From positions 1,472,001-1,536,000 of the forward strand of contig OZ241883.1 of the NCBI GenBank assembly GCA_965203445.1: a DNA stretch of 64,000 bases, read 5' to 3'. The notes under the pieces are model-generated. The model searched no databases. It was not told where the DNA came from and saw only the letters and a program-made list of their open reading frames with translations. Of the stretch, positions 1 through 9,795 are shown piece by piece; positions within the stretch are counted from its first letter, which is position 1; each line of letters opens with the position of its first letter. Made by a program: the position numbers and the translations under genes. The stretch comes from Candidatus Oxydemutator sp. (GTDB lineage: Bacteria; Pseudomonadota; Gammaproteobacteria; Poriferisulfidales; Oxydemutatoraceae).

Positions 1-401
1 CGCAGCACGCCTTTTTCGTCGAGCAGAAAGGTGCTGCGCTCGATGCCGCGCACCTTCTTGCCGTACATGTTCTTCGTCTTGACGACGTCGAACAGCGTGC
101 ACGCCTCCTCGTTCTCGTCCGACCCCAGGTCGAACGGAAACTTGTACCTCTGCTTGAACTTGTCGTGCGACTTGACGCTGTCGCGCGAGACGCCGATGAC
201 CTTGGCGTTGTGGCGCGAAAAGCTGCGGATCTTGTCGCGGAAGTTCCGGCTCTCGATGGTGCAGCCGGGGGTATTGTCGCGCGGGTAGAAGTAGATCACG
301 ACCTTGCTGCCACGCAGCGCCGCCAGCGAGAGTGTGCCGCCGCCGCTTTTGGGCAGTTCGAAATTCGGGACTTTTTTGCCGATGGCAACCGTGTCGCTCA
401 T
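1..401 (-). CDS. bcp: Peroxiredoxin BCP/PrxQ (3' end outside window)
   Basis: Manual translation from ATG at 401: MSDTVAIGKKVPNFELP...VIYFYPRDNTPGCTIES...IERSTFLLDEKG; AAGGAG RBS; divergent from dapA. Not in ORF track. Confidence 0.92.
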   Translation of the reverse strand, partial: MSDTVAIGKKVPNFELPKSGGGTLSLAALRGSKVVIYFYPRDNTPGCTIESRNFRDKIRSFSRHNAKVIGVSRDSVKSHDKFKQRYKFPFDLGSDENEEACTLFDVVKTKNMYGKKVRGIERSTFLLDEKGVL

Positions 402-535
402 AGTGATGCTCCTTGCAGGCTCGATCGGGCGACGATTGTATCATTGCCGTTTGCCGACGGGCGGCGCCGGCTCGTTCGGGGCCGCCGCGCGGCGCCGGGA
501 ACGGCGGTGCCGGCGGCGTCGGATATAATCCCCGA

Positions 536-1414
536 ATGTTCCAGGGCAGCATGGTCGCCATCGTCACGCCGATGCGCGAGGACGGTGCGATTGACTATCC
601 GGCGTTCGCCGACCTGATCGAGTTCCACGTGGACAGCGGCACCGACGCGCTGGTGCCGGCGGGTACCACCGGCGAGTCGGCGACGCTCGATTTCGACGAG
701 CATTGCGAGGTGGTGCGCTTCGCCGTCGCGCGGGCGCGCGGGCGCGTCCCGGTCATCGCCGGCACCGGCGCCAATTCCACGCGCGAGGCGCTGGAGCTCA
801 CGCGCCGCGCGCAGCAGGACGGCGCCGATGCCTGTCTGCTGGTGACGCCGTACTACAACAAGCCGACGCAGGAAGGGCTGTACCGCCACCACGAGTTGAT
901 CGCCAGGGAGGTGAACGTCCCGCAGATTCTTTATAATGTGCCCGGGCGCACCGCCTGCGACATGTTGCCGGCGACGGTGCAGCGGCTGAGCCGGGTGGAC
1001 GGCATCGTCGGCATCAAGGAAGCCACCGGTTCGATCGAGCGCGGTATCGAGATCATGCAACTTTGTGGAAAAGATTTTTCGGTGTACAGCGGCGAGGACG
1101 CCACCGCCGCGGAGTTGATGTCGCGCGGCGCCAGGGGCGTGATTTCGGTCACCGCGAACGTGGCGCCGGCGCAGATGCACGCGATGTGCGAGGCGGCGCT
1201 TTCGGGCGACGACGAGCGCGCCCGGGCGCTCGACCGGAAGTTGCAGGGCCTGCACGAGACGTTGTTCATAGAGTCCAATCCGATTCCGGCGAAGTGGGCC
1301 TTGTCCGAGGTGCGCAAGATCCCGCCGGGCATACGCCTGCCGCTAACGCCGTTGTCGCCGGAGCACCATGCGGACGTGCGCGCCTCGATGCGCCGCGCCG
1401 GGGTGTCGCCATGA
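536..1414 (+). CDS. dapA: 4-hydroxy-tetrahydrodipicolinate synthase
   Basis: MFQGSMVAIVTP, GTTGES, YNVPGRT and GIKEATG motifs. Confidence 0.97.
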   Translation: MFQGSMVAIVTPMREDGAIDYPAFADLIEFHVDSGTDALVPAGTTGESATLDFDEHCEVVRFAVARARGRVPVIAGTGANSTREALELTRRAQQDGADACLLVTPYYNKPTQEGLYRHHELIAREVNVPQILYNVPGRTACDMLPATVQRLSRVDGIVGIKEATGSIERGIEIMQLCGKDFSVYSGEDATAAELMSRGARGVISVTANVAPAQMHAMCEAALSGDDERARALDRKLQGLHETLFIESNPIPAKWALSEVRKIPPGIRLPLTPLSPEHHADVRASMRRAGVSP

Positions 1415-2457
1415 GGGCGCGCGTGCCGTTCGTCGCCGCCTGCGTCTGGCTCGCCGGCTGTTCGGCGTCGCGGGAGGATTCCTCGTGGTTCGACCAGCTC
1501 GACCTGCCGAGTTTCGGTTCCGACGTTTTCATGGGCGGCGACAATGCGCCGCTCGAGGTGCCGCCCGATCTCGACGCCATAGACGCCGACGACAGCCTGC
1601 GGATTCCCGGCGGTAAGGGACGGATCAGCGTCGCCGACGACGCCGCGCTCGGTAGCCGCGTGCTGCCCCAGCGCCTGGATTTGCGCCTGCGGCGCGACGG
1701 CGGTCTCGTGTGGCTCGCGGTGGACGTAAGCCCGGTCGCGTTGTGGCCGCGGATACGGGAGTTTTTGCGACGCGGCGGTTTCGAGATCGCCGAAAACGAC
1801 CCGACGCACGGCTACATCGAGACCGCGTGGCGCGAACGCCGCCTGCAGGTTGCCGGCGAACGGGATTACGCGCGCTTGCGCACGCGCCTGCACGTTCGTC
1901 TGGAACGCGAGCCGAACGCGGTGACCAACTTGTTTCTGTCGTCGCGCGACGCCGGTTACGCGCGCGGCGAATGGCGCCTGCTGCCGCCGGATAGCGGCTT
2001 CGAGCGGCGCATGTTGCTGCGTTTCCGCGATTATCTCGCGGCCGGGCGCGAAGTGGCGAGTCCACGCATGGCGTCGCTCGACGACGTCAAGACCGCGCTC
2101 GACATAGACAACGTCGCGGGGGTCGCGGTGTTGACGATCGGCCAGCGTTACCGCAGGGCGTGGCGTCGCGTCGGTGCCGCCCTCGAGCGCGCCGGCATCG
2201 AGACGTTCGGCGACGACCGCAGCCGCGGCATTTACCTGGTGCGCGACACCGGCGTCTCCGCCGGCGGCGCACGTTCGATAGACGGCGTAGCGGCCCGCGC
2301 CGAACCGTTGCAGCTGCATTTGCTTGCAAAGGGCGACCGCACGCTGGTGACGGTGCACCCGAACGTCGGCGGCGACGACGTGCCGTACGCGCTCGCGCAT
2401 CGGATCCTGAAGCGGCTCCGGATGGCGTACGAAGTGGGGGACGTGGTCTCGCGCTGA
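1411..2457 (+). CDS. bamC: Outer membrane protein assembly lipoprotein BamC/NlpB-like
   Basis: Lipobox LAGC, PLEVPPDL motif, ATGA overlap with dapA (conserved position). Confidence 0.8.
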   Translation: MRARVPFVAACVWLAGCSASREDSSWFDQLDLPSFGSDVFMGGDNAPLEVPPDLDAIDADDSLRIPGGKGRISVADDAALGSRVLPQRLDLRLRRDGGLVWLAVDVSPVALWPRIREFLRRGGFEIAENDPTHGYIETAWRERRLQVAGERDYARLRTRLHVRLEREPNAVTNLFLSSRDAGYARGEWRLLPPDSGFERRMLLRFRDYLAAGREVASPRMASLDDVKTALDIDNVAGVAVLTIGQRYRRAWRRVGAALERAGIETFGDDRSRGIYLVRDTGVSAGGARSIDGVAARAEPLQLHLLAKGDRTLVTVHPNVGGDDVPYALAHRILKRLRMAYEVGDVVSR

Positions 2458-2524
2458 AACGCCCCGTCCCGATGGTTTGTTGCGCGCGGTTGGCCGCTTA
2501 TGACAAAATAACTCCTTTCGGAAA

Positions 2525-2743
2525 ATGGCAGAAGACACTTTTCATCATAAGGACGACGAGCCGGGCTTTGTCATCGGCTGGAAGTATAAGTACAAGTTCG
2601 AGTCCGGGCAGTACGACGAGGAGATGACGTACGGAGAAGCCAGACGGCGCGTCTCGCGGCTTCACGACGAGCACCCCGACATGACGTTCTGGCCGAAGAA
2701 AAAGCACGTCACGTCGGCGTTTTACAATCCCGATGCACACTGA
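2525..2743 (+). CDS. Small hypothetical protein (72 aa)
   Basis: Fills the gap between bamC and leuC; codon usage looks gene-like; charged/aromatic composition unlike the Arg/Ala-rich shadow ORFs. Confidence 0.7.
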   Translation: MAEDTFHHKDDEPGFVIGWKYKYKFESGQYDEEMTYGEARRRVSRLHDEHPDMTFWPKKKHVTSAFYNPDAH

Positions 2744-2788
2744 GGCCGTGCGCCCGCGGCGCGCGCCCGTGCGCCGCGAGCTTGCCCG

Positions 2789-4192
2789 ATGGCGGGGCTG
2801 ACGCTGTACGACAAGCTGTGGCGCGACCACCTGGTGCGCGAGGAGGCCGACGGCACCGCTCTGCTCTACATAGACCGCCATCTGGTGCACGAGGTCACGT
2901 CGCCGCAGGCTTTCGAGGGCTTGCAACTGGCCGGGCGCAGGCTGTGGCGCGCGTCTTCCATAGTCGCCGTCGCCGATCACAACGTGCCGACGCAACACCG
3001 CGAGCGCGGCGTCGGCGACCCGGTCTCGCGCGTGCAGTTGGAGGCGCTGGCGCGCAACTGCGACGCGCATAGGCTGACCTACTACGGTCTCGGCGACGAA
3101 CGCCAGGGCATCGTCCACGTCATCGGCCCCGAGCGCGGCGTCACGCTGCCCGGAAGCACGCTGGTGTGCGGCGATTCGCACACCTCGACGCACGGCGCGT
3201 TTGCGGCCCTGGCGATGGGCGTCGGCACGTCCGAGGTCGAGCACGTGTTTGCGACGCAATGCCTGCTCACGAAAAAATTGCGCAACATGCGGGTGCGCGT
3301 GGGCGGCGCGTTGGCGCGCGGCGTCACGGCCAAGGATCTGGTGCTCGCGATCATCGGCGAGATCGGCACGGCCGGCGGCGCCGGCTGCGCCGTCGAGTAC
3401 ACTGGCGCCGCGATCCGCGCTCTCTCGATGGAGGGCCGTATGACCGTCTGCAACATGACGATAGAGGCCGGCGCGCGCGCCGGACTGGTCGCGTACGACG
3501 ACGTCACGCGCGATTATCTGTGCGGACGCCCGTCGGCGCCGACCGGCGCTGCGTGGGAGCGGGCGCTTGCGACGTGGCGCGATCTGCATTCGGACGAAGA
3601 CGCGGTCTTTGATCGGGAAGTCGCAGTGGACGCCGGCGCCGTCGAACCGCAGGTTACGTGGGGAACCTCACCGGAAATGGTCGCGCCGATTGGCGGGCGT
3701 GTTCCCGACCCTGATGACGAGGAGGACCCGGTCAAGGCCGAAGGCTGGCGCAAGGCGCTGTCCTATATGGACTTGCGTCCTGGCACTGCGATTCGTGACA
3801 TCGTTCTCGACAAGGTTTTCATCGGGTCGTGCACGAACTCGCGGATCGAGGACTTGCGCGAGGCGGCGGGCGTCGTTAAGGGACGCCGCGTCTCCGCCGA
3901 CGTTCGCCAGGCGCTGGTAGTGCCCGGTTCGGTGCCGGTCAAGCGCCAGGCCGAGCGCGAGGGCCTGCACCGCGTGTTCCTGGAGGCCGGTTTTGAGTGG
4001 CGCGACCCTGGTTGCTCGATGTGCCTCGGCATGAACGAGGATCGCCTGGGCGCGGGCGAGCGCTGCGCCTCGACGTCGAACCGCAATTTCGAGGGACGCC
4101 AGGGGCAGGGCGGGCGCACCCATCTGGTCAGCCCGACGATGGCGGCGGCGGCGGCGGTGTACGGGCGCTTCGTGGACGTGCGCGAGATCTGA
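2789..4192 (+). CDS. leuC: 3-isopropylmalate dehydratase large subunit
   Basis: [32 protein letters not shown] and [12 protein letters not shown] motifs. Confidence 0.98.
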   Translation: MAGLTLYDKLWRDHLVREEADGTALLYIDRHLVHEVTSPQAFEGLQLAGRRLWRASSIVAVADHNVPTQHRERGVGDPVSRVQLEALARNCDAHRLTYYGLGDERQGIVHVIGPERGVTLPGSTLVCGDSHTSTHGAFAALAMGVGTSEVEHVFATQCLLTKKLRNMRVRVGGALARGVTAKDLVLAIIGEIGTAGGAGCAVEYTGAAIRALSMEGRMTVCNMTIEAGARAGLVAYDDVTRDYLCGRPSAPTGAAWERALATWRDLHSDEDAVFDREVAVDAGAVEPQVTWGTSPEMVAPIGGRVPDPDDEEDPVKAEGWRKALSYMDLRPGTAIRDIVLDKVFIGSCTNSRIEDLREAAGVVKGRRVSADVRQALVVPGSVPVKRQAEREGLHRVFLEAGFEWRDPGCSMCLGMNEDRLGAGERCASTSNRNFEGRQGQGGRTHLVSPTMAAAAAVYGRFVDVREI

Positions 4193-4276
4193 GGCCGCGC
4201 GCCCGGGAAATTACGTGACGGCGGCGCTCTTTTTTGCGCGAAAGCGCGGCTGCTTTCTCGTCGCCTGGGGTTCGTG

Positions 4277-4930
4277 ATGCGTCCGTTTCAGGTCCGCCGG
4301 GGAATCGTCGCGCCGCTCGACCGCGCCAACGTGGATACCGACGCGATTATTCCGAAACAGTACCTGAAGTCGGTCAAGCGCACCGGTTTCGGGCCGAATC
4401 TGTTCGACGATTGGCGCTATCTCGATCCGGGCGAGATCGGATCGGATCACGCGCGCCGGCGCCGCAATCCCGATTTTGTATTGAACCGGCCGCGCTACCA
4501 GGGAGCCGGTGTTTTGCTTGCGCGCGAGAACTTCGGCTGCGGGTCGTCGCGCGAGCACGCGGTGTGGGCGCTGACCGACGCCGGTTTTTTTGCCGTCGTC
4601 GCCCCGGTGTTCGCCGATATTTTCTGCGCCAATGCGTTCAAGAACGGGCTGCTGCCGGTGGCGCTGCCGGCGGCCGCGGTGGACGAGATGTTCGCGCGCA
4701 CCGAGGCGCGCGCGGGTTACGCGCTGACGATAGACCTGCCGGCGCAGCGCGTCTGCGACGACGAGTCCTCGTGGGCGTTCGAGGTGGATGCGTTTCGCAA
4801 GCGGTGCCTGCTGGAGGGGCTGGACGAGATCGGTTTGACGCTGCGCCACGCCGACGATATTCGTGCGTATGAGGAACAACGCAGAAAGACCGCGCCGTGG
4901 CTGTTCGACGACTTGAGGCGCCTCTCGTGA
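4277..4930 (+). CDS. leuD: 3-isopropylmalate dehydratase small subunit
   Basis: [13 protein letters not shown] and [11 protein letters not shown] motifs. Confidence 0.97.
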   Translation: MRPFQVRRGIVAPLDRANVDTDAIIPKQYLKSVKRTGFGPNLFDDWRYLDPGEIGSDHARRRRNPDFVLNRPRYQGAGVLLARENFGCGSSREHAVWALTDAGFFAVVAPVFADIFCANAFKNGLLPVALPAAAVDEMFARTEARAGYALTIDLPAQRVCDDESSWAFEVDAFRKRCLLEGLDEIGLTLRHADDIRAYEEQRRKTAPWLFDDLRRLS

Positions 4931-6033
4931 ACGAGCCGCCGAAGCGGATTCTGCTGTTGCCCGGCGACGGCATCGGGCCGGAAGTCGTGGCCGAGGCCGT
5001 CAAGGTCGTGGACTGTATGCGCGCCGCGGGTGATCTCGACGCCGAGTACGAGTACGGCCTGATCGGCGGCGCCGCCTGGGAGGAATGCGGCAGTCCGCTG
5101 CCCGAACGGACGCTGGCCGCCGCCCGCCGCTGCGACGCGGTGCTGATGGGCGCGGTCGGCGCGCCGCAATACGAGAAACTGGCGCGCGAGCTGCGTCCGG
5201 AACGGGGGCTGCTCGGCATCCGCCGCGCTCTCGGCCTGTTCGCAAACCTGCGCCCGGCGCTGTCGTTCGCGCCGCTCGCCGCGGCCTCGAGCCTGAAGGC
5301 CGACAAGGTGGCGGGCCTCGATCTGCTGATCGTGCGCGAATTGACCGGGGGCGTCTATTTCGGGGAACCGCGCGGCATCCGCACCGGCGCCGACGGCGTG
5401 CGCGTCGGCTTCAACACGATGGCCTACCGCGAGGACGAGATCGTGCGCATCGCAAAGGTCGCGTTCGCCGCGGCCCAGGAGCGCGGCGGGCGTCTGTGCT
5501 CGGTGGACAAGGCCAACGTGCTCGAAGTCTCGGAGTTGTGGCGCGACGTCGTAGCGCGCGTCGCGCGCGATTATCCCGACGTCGAATTGAGCCACCTCTA
5601 CGTGGACAACGCCGCGATGCAACTGGTGCGCGAGCCGAAGCAGTTCGACGTGATCGTCACTTCCAATCTGTTCGGCGACGTGCTGTCCGATTTGGCGGCG
5701 ATGCTGACCGGTTCCATCGGCCTGTTGCCGTCGGCGTCGCTGAACGCAAGCGGTGACGGTTTATACGAGCCGGTGCACGGTTCGGCGCCCGACGTCGCCG
5801 GGCGCGGCGTCGCCAACCCGCTCGCCGCGATTTTGTCGTTTGCGATGCTGCTGCGTTATTCACTGAAACTGCCGGACCTGGCCGCGCGCCTCGAGCGCGC
5901 GGTGGCGGCGGCCCTGGCGCGGGCGCGCACCGCGGACATTGCGGCGGGCGCGCCGGCGATCTCGACGCGCGCGATGGGCGACACCGTGGTTACGTGTTAC
6001 GCCGAGGCATCCGACGTCGCGGCGTTGCGGTGA
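4927..6033 (+). CDS. leuB: 3-isopropylmalate dehydrogenase
   Basis: [19 protein letters not shown] and [10 protein letters not shown] motifs; GTGA overlap with leuD. Confidence 0.97.
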   Translation: MNEPPKRILLLPGDGIGPEVVAEAVKVVDCMRAAGDLDAEYEYGLIGGAAWEECGSPLPERTLAAARRCDAVLMGAVGAPQYEKLARELRPERGLLGIRRALGLFANLRPALSFAPLAAASSLKADKVAGLDLLIVRELTGGVYFGEPRGIRTGADGVRVGFNTMAYREDEIVRIAKVAFAAAQERGGRLCSVDKANVLEVSELWRDVVARVARDYPDVELSHLYVDNAAMQLVREPKQFDVIVTSNLFGDVLSDLAAMLTGSIGLLPSASLNASGDGLYEPVHGSAPDVAGRGVANPLAAILSFAMLLRYSLKLPDLAARLERAVAAALARARTADIAAGAPAISTRAMGDTVVTCYAEASDVAALR

Positions 6034-6108
6034 CCGGCGGCGCCGCGTTTCCGGTGTCGGAGCCGGTCTGCTTGCGACGGCGGACGTCGTCGTAGTCTGC
6101 AATAGTTT

Positions 6109-6756
6109 TTGGCGGTGCTGCGGGTTGAGTCGTTGCGTCGGGACGGTCTCGGCCCGATCTCGTTGACGATAGGCGACGGCGAATGTCTCGCGGTCACCGG
6201 CCCTTCCGGTTCCGGAAAATCATTGCTGCTGCGCGCAATCGCGGATCTCGACGCGAACGAGGGTTCGGTGTTCGCGGGCGCCCTCGAGCGGGCGCGGACG
6301 CCGGCGCCGGCGTGGCGGCGGACGGTCGCCTACGTCCCGGCCGAGCCGGGCTGGTGGGGCGACGTCGTGCGCGATCATTTTGATTCGCCGTATCCGACGG
6401 CGCTCGTGCAGTCCATGGGGTTTGGGCGCGAGGTCTTCGAGGCCCGCGTCTCGCGGCTTTCCACCGGCGAACGCCAGCGGCTCGCGCTTGCGCGTTGCCT
6501 CGCGCGCTCGCCCGAGGTGCTGTTGCTCGACGAGCCGACCGCGGCCCTGGACGAGCACAACAAGCGGGAGGTCGAGGCGACGTTGACGGCGTGTCTTGCC
6601 CGCGGCGCGTCGCTGTTGCTGGTAACCCACGACCTCGCCCAGGCCGCGCGCCTCGCCGCGCGCTCGCTTACGCTGGAAAACGGACGCCTGGCCGCCGGCT
6701 CGCCCGGGTCTGGGTGGGAGCGCCCGCAGCACTCGCTACACCCAGGGCGCCGATGA
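6109..6756 (+). CDS. ABC transporter ATP-binding protein, FetA/YbbL-like
   Basis: Walker A GPSGSGKS, LSTGERQR, LLLDEPT; coupled to a FetB-like permease; start codon uncertain. Confidence 0.8.
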   Translation: MAVLRVESLRRDGLGPISLTIGDGECLAVTGPSGSGKSLLLRAIADLDANEGSVFAGALERARTPAPAWRRTVAYVPAEPGWWGDVVRDHFDSPYPTALVQSMGFGREVFEARVSRLSTGERQRLALARCLARSPEVLLLDEPTAALDEHNKREVEATLTACLARGASLLLVTHDLAQAARLAARSLTLENGRLAAGSPGSGWERPQHSLHPGRR

Positions 6757-7550
6757 GAGACTACGTCTCAATCGGCTACGGCGACCTCGCGCTGGCGTCG
6801 GTGCTGCTCGTCGCAAACGCCGGTTTTTCGATAGCGCTCAGACTCGGGCTGGAACGCCAGATGTTGGTCGCGGCGGCGCGCATGACCGTCCAGTTGCTGC
6901 TGATCGGCGCGCTCCTCAAGTTTTTGTTCGCGCTGGCGTCGTTGTGGGTGACGCTGCTTGCGATGTCGGTCATGGCGGCGGTCGCCGGCTACGAGATCAA
7001 CGCCCGCCAGGAGCACCGCATCGCCGGCGGCGGAAGCTACGTCCTGGGCGCGCTGACGGCGCTGATCGCGGGCTTTCTGGTGACGGCGTTCGCGCTCGCC
7101 GCGCCGATCCGCCCCGAACCCTGGTACGCGCCGCACTTTGCGATTCCGCTGTTCGGCATGATCCTCGGCAACGCGATGACCGGCATCAGCCTGGGCCTCG
7201 ATACGCTGACGACGGCGGTGCGCCGCGAGGCCGCATCCATCGAGGCGCAGTTGACGTTGGGCGAGACTTTTCGGTGCGCGATGCGCCCGGTCGTTCGGCG
7301 CGCGCTGCGCAGCGGCTTCATGCCGATCATAAACGCGATGGCGGCGACCGGCGTTGTGGCGTTGCCTGGAATGATGACCGGGCAGATTCTCGCCGGGGTG
7401 GACCCGTCGGAGGCCGTGAAGTATCAAATACTGGTGATGCTGCTGATCGGCGGCGGCACCGGGCTGGGCGTGTTGCTTGCGGTGTTCGGGGCGGTGCGCC
7501 TGCTCACCGACGAGCGCCATCGCCTGCGGCACGACCAGCTGGGCGGGTAA
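6753..7550 (+). CDS. fetB: ABC transporter permease, FetB/YbbM (UPF0014)
   Basis: RMTVQLLLIG, IPLFGMILGN, LPGMMTGQILAG..P..AVKYQI motifs. Confidence 0.88.
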   Translation: MRDYVSIGYGDLALASVLLVANAGFSIALRLGLERQMLVAAARMTVQLLLIGALLKFLFALASLWVTLLAMSVMAAVAGYEINARQEHRIAGGGSYVLGALTALIAGFLVTAFALAAPIRPEPWYAPHFAIPLFGMILGNAMTGISLGLDTLTTAVRREAASIEAQLTLGETFRCAMRPVVRRALRSGFMPIINAMAATGVVALPGMMTGQILAGVDPSEAVKYQILVMLLIGGGTGLGVLLAVFGAVRLLTDERHRLRHDQLGG

Positions 7551-7663
7551 GGGCCAGGCGGCGCCCTTGTGCGTGCTTGTACATGCGTCCGGTGCGTTGC
7601 GCGACGGATCGTCGCGCGGTGTCTGATACGGCGGTGTGTTTCGCAGGGCGCGTCAGGGCGCGA

Positions 7664-8464
7664 TCACCGTTTTTCGCCGGACGCGGCAGCGGAGGTATAA
7701 ACCTTATCGCAGGTTTCGGAACTGCTCCTCAGTTTTATCAATTCGGCGATCTTTTCATCGCCGATCTGGCGTCCTACGGGCGCGAAAAGCGCTCGTGACC
7801 TTGAAGCTGCGTCAGCCGCCGGAGTTTGCACGTAGTAGACGGCGATACTTTTCCTGTAAGTTCCTTGCGGCATCGTCAGTCCTCTGCTCATTCCGTGCCA
7901 TGCATTGGTGGTGTCAAAGATAACCGCGCGGTTGCAATACGGGACGATTTCCCTGGCCAGATCGCCCGGTGCGTCGGCGCTGCCTGGAAGCCACATTCCG
8001 AGCCACCCCCCGTACTCTTTCTTAAAGTCTTTTTCGAGATAGACGAGGAGATTGAGCTTGCGCTGCATGCCCGTCTTGGGGTGTATCGAGTAATCCAAAT
8101 GCGGGTTCAGATTTCCGCCGTTCGCGTGTATATGCAGTCCTCCCCCGTGGAGACCGATGTCCGCGTGCAGCTTGGCGCTCGCCAGCCCTTCCAGAAAATG
8201 AACGAACTCGGGAGAATTGAGTTCTATGAATACCTGATACTGGAGCCGATTGAAAGAATCCCATGCGTTGAGAGTTTTTTTGTTTTCCAGCGGATTGTCA
8301 TACGTGTTCCAGTTCCCGCCGTTGTAATCCGGGAATCCCCGCGACAGTTCCTCGGCAATATCCGCGCGGAAAAAGTTCTCTATCACTACGTGTGGATAGG
8401 GAACGTTTTTCGTGAACGCGTCGGGGCTGATCTCGAGAGCGTCTTTGTTTATGAAACTGTACAT
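7664..8464 (-). CDS. 2OG-Fe(II) oxygenase (prolyl-hydroxylase-like)
   Basis: GGGLH, H-x-D (HLDYSIH), NRAVIF, WHG and RKSIAVYY; GGGAGA RBS before ATG 8464; visibly AT-richer than flanks. The frame is open to 8623 through the poly-C tract. Confidence 0.85.
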   Translation of the reverse strand: MYSFINKDALEISPDAFTKNVPYPHVVIENFFRADIAEELSRGFPDYNGGNWNTYDNPLENKKTLNAWDSFNRLQYQVFIELNSPEFVHFLEGLASAKLHADIGLHGGGLHIHANGGNLNPHLDYSIHPKTGMQRKLNLLVYLEKDFKKEYGGWLGMWLPGSADAPGDLAREIVPYCNRAVIFDTTNAWHGMSRGLTMPQGTYRKSIAVYYVQTPAADAASRSRALFAPVGRQIGDEKIAELIKLRSSSETCDKVYTSAAASGEKR

Positions 8465-8508
8465 TTGTGGTTCTCCCAATGTAGCGTCGTCCGCGTCGTC
8501 CGTAAAAC

Positions 8509-8532
8509 GGGGGGGGGGGGGGGGGGGGGGGG
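8509..8532. repeat. G24 homopolymer tract
   Basis: 24 consecutive G counted directly. Confidence 0.9.
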
Positions 8533-8727
8533 TAGAGGATATGCCATCGTTTTGCGGACGCGGGTGTTGCTGAAATTGGTCATAATCTGGAAATTGTATA
8601 CGATTTCCCCGAGATTTTCTCAAGGATGTCTGAGGACAATCGTATCCGTTTGACGTTTCACGGGCCGGGGAATCCCACCCTCCGATGGCGGGATGGTATC
8701 CTGATACGGGGAGCGGGGGACGAATCG

Positions 8728-9795
8728 GTGACGCACAACGGCAACGCGGCCAGGATCAACGTGGCGATAGTCGGCGCGACCGGCGCGGTCGGCGCGATCA
8801 TGCGCCGCGTCCTCGAGGAGCGCGATTTTCCCGTCGCGCGGCTGTACCTGCTCGCCAGCAGCCGCTCGGCGGGCGAGACGCTGGACTTTCGCGGCGCCGC
8901 CGTCGTCGTCGCCGACCTCGAGGACTTCGACTTTTCCGGCGTGCAGCTCGCTTTTTTCTCGGCCGGCGCGTCGGTGTCGGCGCGCCACGCACGGCGCGCC
9001 ACGGCCGCCGGCTGCGTCGTCGTGGACAACACCTCGTGCTTTCGCTACGACGACGACGTTCCGCTGGTCGTGCCCGAGGTCAATCCCGGCGCGCTCGCGC
9101 ACTACGACACGCGCGGCATCATCGCCAATCCGAACTGTTCGACGATTCAGATGGTGGTCGCGCTGAAGCCGCTGCACGATTTGTTCGGCGTCGTGCGCGT
9201 CAACGTCGCGACCTACCAGGCGGTGTCCGGCGCCGGGCGCCGCGCGGTTCGTGACATGCTGGCGCAGTCGCGCGCGCGCCTGGCCGAGCGCCCGCTCGAA
9301 CCGGGAATCTATCCGAAGCCCATCGCGTTCAATGCGCTGCCGCAGATAGACGTGTTCCTCGACAACGGCTATACGAAGGAAGAGATGAAGATGGTCTGGG
9401 AGACGCGCAAGATATTGGGCGACGAGCACATCGGGGTCAATCCGACGACGGTGCGCGTGCCGGTCGTGCACGGGCATTCGGAGGCGGTGCACGTCGAGTG
9501 CGCGCGCGACGTCGACGTGGACGCCGCGCGCGCGGCGTTGGCCGGCGCCGCCGGCGTTACCGTCGTGGACGAGCGGCGCGACGGCGGCTATCCGACGGCC
9601 GTGACCGAGGCCGCGGGCAGCGACGACGTCTTCGTCGGGCGCCTGCGCCGGGACATCTCGCATCCGCGCGGCCTCGATTTGTGGGTCGTAAGCGACAACC
9701 TGCGCAAGGGCGCGGCCACCAACAGCGTGCAAATTGCCGAGATGCTATTACGCGAGTATCCGCTGCCGTGGCGCCGCGCTCGAGGTGACGGATGA
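8728..9795 (+). CDS. asd: Aspartate-semialdehyde dehydrogenase
   Basis: VGATGAVG, ANPNCST, YQAVSGAG and DNLRKGAATN motifs. Confidence 0.97.
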   Translation: MTHNGNAARINVAIVGATGAVGAIMRRVLEERDFPVARLYLLASSRSAGETLDFRGAAVVVADLEDFDFSGVQLAFFSAGASVSARHARRATAAGCVVVDNTSCFRYDDDVPLVVPEVNPGALAHYDTRGIIANPNCSTIQMVVALKPLHDLFGVVRVNVATYQAVSGAGRRAVRDMLAQSRARLAERPLEPGIYPKPIAFNALPQIDVFLDNGYTKEEMKMVWETRKILGDEHIGVNPTTVRVPVVHGHSEAVHVECARDVDVDAARAALAGAAGVTVVDERRDGGYPTAVTEAAGSDDVFVGRLRRDISHPRGLDLWVVSDNLRKGAATNSVQIAEMLLREYPLPWRRARGDG

